Of a stretch of 64,000 bases of DNA, positions 63,698-64,000 are shown piece by piece. The stretch's first letter is position 1. The number at the start of each line of letters is the position of its first letter. The position numbers and the translations under genes are program-made. The stretch covers positions 149,068-213,067 of the forward strand of contig DATIIB010000009.1 in the NCBI GenBank assembly GCA_035480055.1, written 5' to 3'. A model generated the notes under the pieces. The model was not told where the DNA came from and made no database searches. It saw only the letters and a program-made list of their open reading frames with translations. This DNA is from Candidatus Saccharimonadales bacterium (GTDB lineage: Bacteria > Patescibacteriota > Saccharimonadia > Saccharimonadales > DASZAF01).

Positions 63698-64000
63698 TGA
63701 CCAACGCCCTTGACTCACGACACATTGCAGAACACTTAGGTGAACTGAAGATGGGGTGAGGGTGGGACACGACTTGAAGAGGCGACGCAGGCAGGCGAAG
63801 CAGTTAGAGCATTTAGAGCGCTCGATGAATCAGGACTCACCACAGGCATTGAGGCAACTCGTTTGGCCGTCGACATCTTGGGATTGCAAGATTACTGGGC
63901 CGCTGGACGTTCAGAAGCAGCCTATTGGAAAGATGCAGACCAAATTGCTGCTGAAGAACTGGCCGAGGAGAAAGCGGCAGCTGCTGCTCTCGAGCTTGAA
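63697..64000 (+). CDS. Unknown acidic ORF after rplK, apparently frameshifted at a G4 run; 3' end outside window
   Basis: The ATG at 63697 overlaps the rplK TAA and gives MTNALDSRHIAEHLGELKMG*, ending at 63759. A second frame is open from 63749 to the window end (..GEGGTRLEEATQAGEAVRAFRALDESG...) with no start codon. Removing one G from GGGG (63753-63756) fuses the two. It is not rplA. Confidence 0.35.

Noticed and set aside
1-64000. CRISPR arrays, rRNA genes, integrases/transposases/IS elements, prophage structural genes and toxin-antitoxin pairs.
   Set aside because: Reading both strands, I found no direct-repeat/spacer arrays, no recombinase or transposase motifs and no capsid, portal or terminase genes. 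The accessory regions therefore cannot be called mobile elements from this window.

Overview
This is a 64-kb stretch of a compact, gene-dense bacterial chromosome: roughly 50% GC by eye, standard genetic code with TGA used as stop, many 4-nt ATGA gene overlaps, and several leaderless or near-leaderless genes. Conserved information-processing genes sit at both ends. These are rpoA-rplQ-rplM-rpsI, trpS, an RluA-family synthase and holB, then tRNA-Thr(UGU), tRNA-Tyr, tRNA-Thr(GGU) and rpmG, and finally tRNA-Trp, secE-nusG and rplK. The normally contiguous tRNA/rpmG/secE-nusG-rplK block is split by about 47 kb of accessory DNA. That DNA holds an alpha-glucan operon (GT4/5-type synthase, GH57, GH15), small membrane proteins, xth, an M13 peptidase and a wHTH-Nudix regulator. 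It also holds a surface-glycan and tail-fibre-like cluster at 45-53.6 kb, plus an orphan histidine kinase, a membrane GT2 and an M23 peptidase. The most unusual part lies at 26.4-43 kb, with an outlier at 20.7 kb. There, nine hypothetical proteins include eight that share a strongly acidic, disordered N-terminus ending in the same short peptide ([LI]P[VL]xAV[LV][DE]) at residues 45-58. Four of them share a second GG-x-PP / acidic-Gly module. One member is a 1,543-aa mosaic protein with a single HerA/FtsK/VirB4-type P-loop module. I read this as a candidate undescribed leader-tagged polymorphic protein set coupled to a translocase-type ATPase; the function is unproven. No CRISPR array, rRNA, integrase or transposase was recognised. 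Gene content (reduced metabolism, many secreted lectin, hydrolase and protease genes) is compatible with a host-associated reduced-genome lineage such as Patescibacteria/CPR, but that is inference only. All family calls come from motif reading, not database searches.
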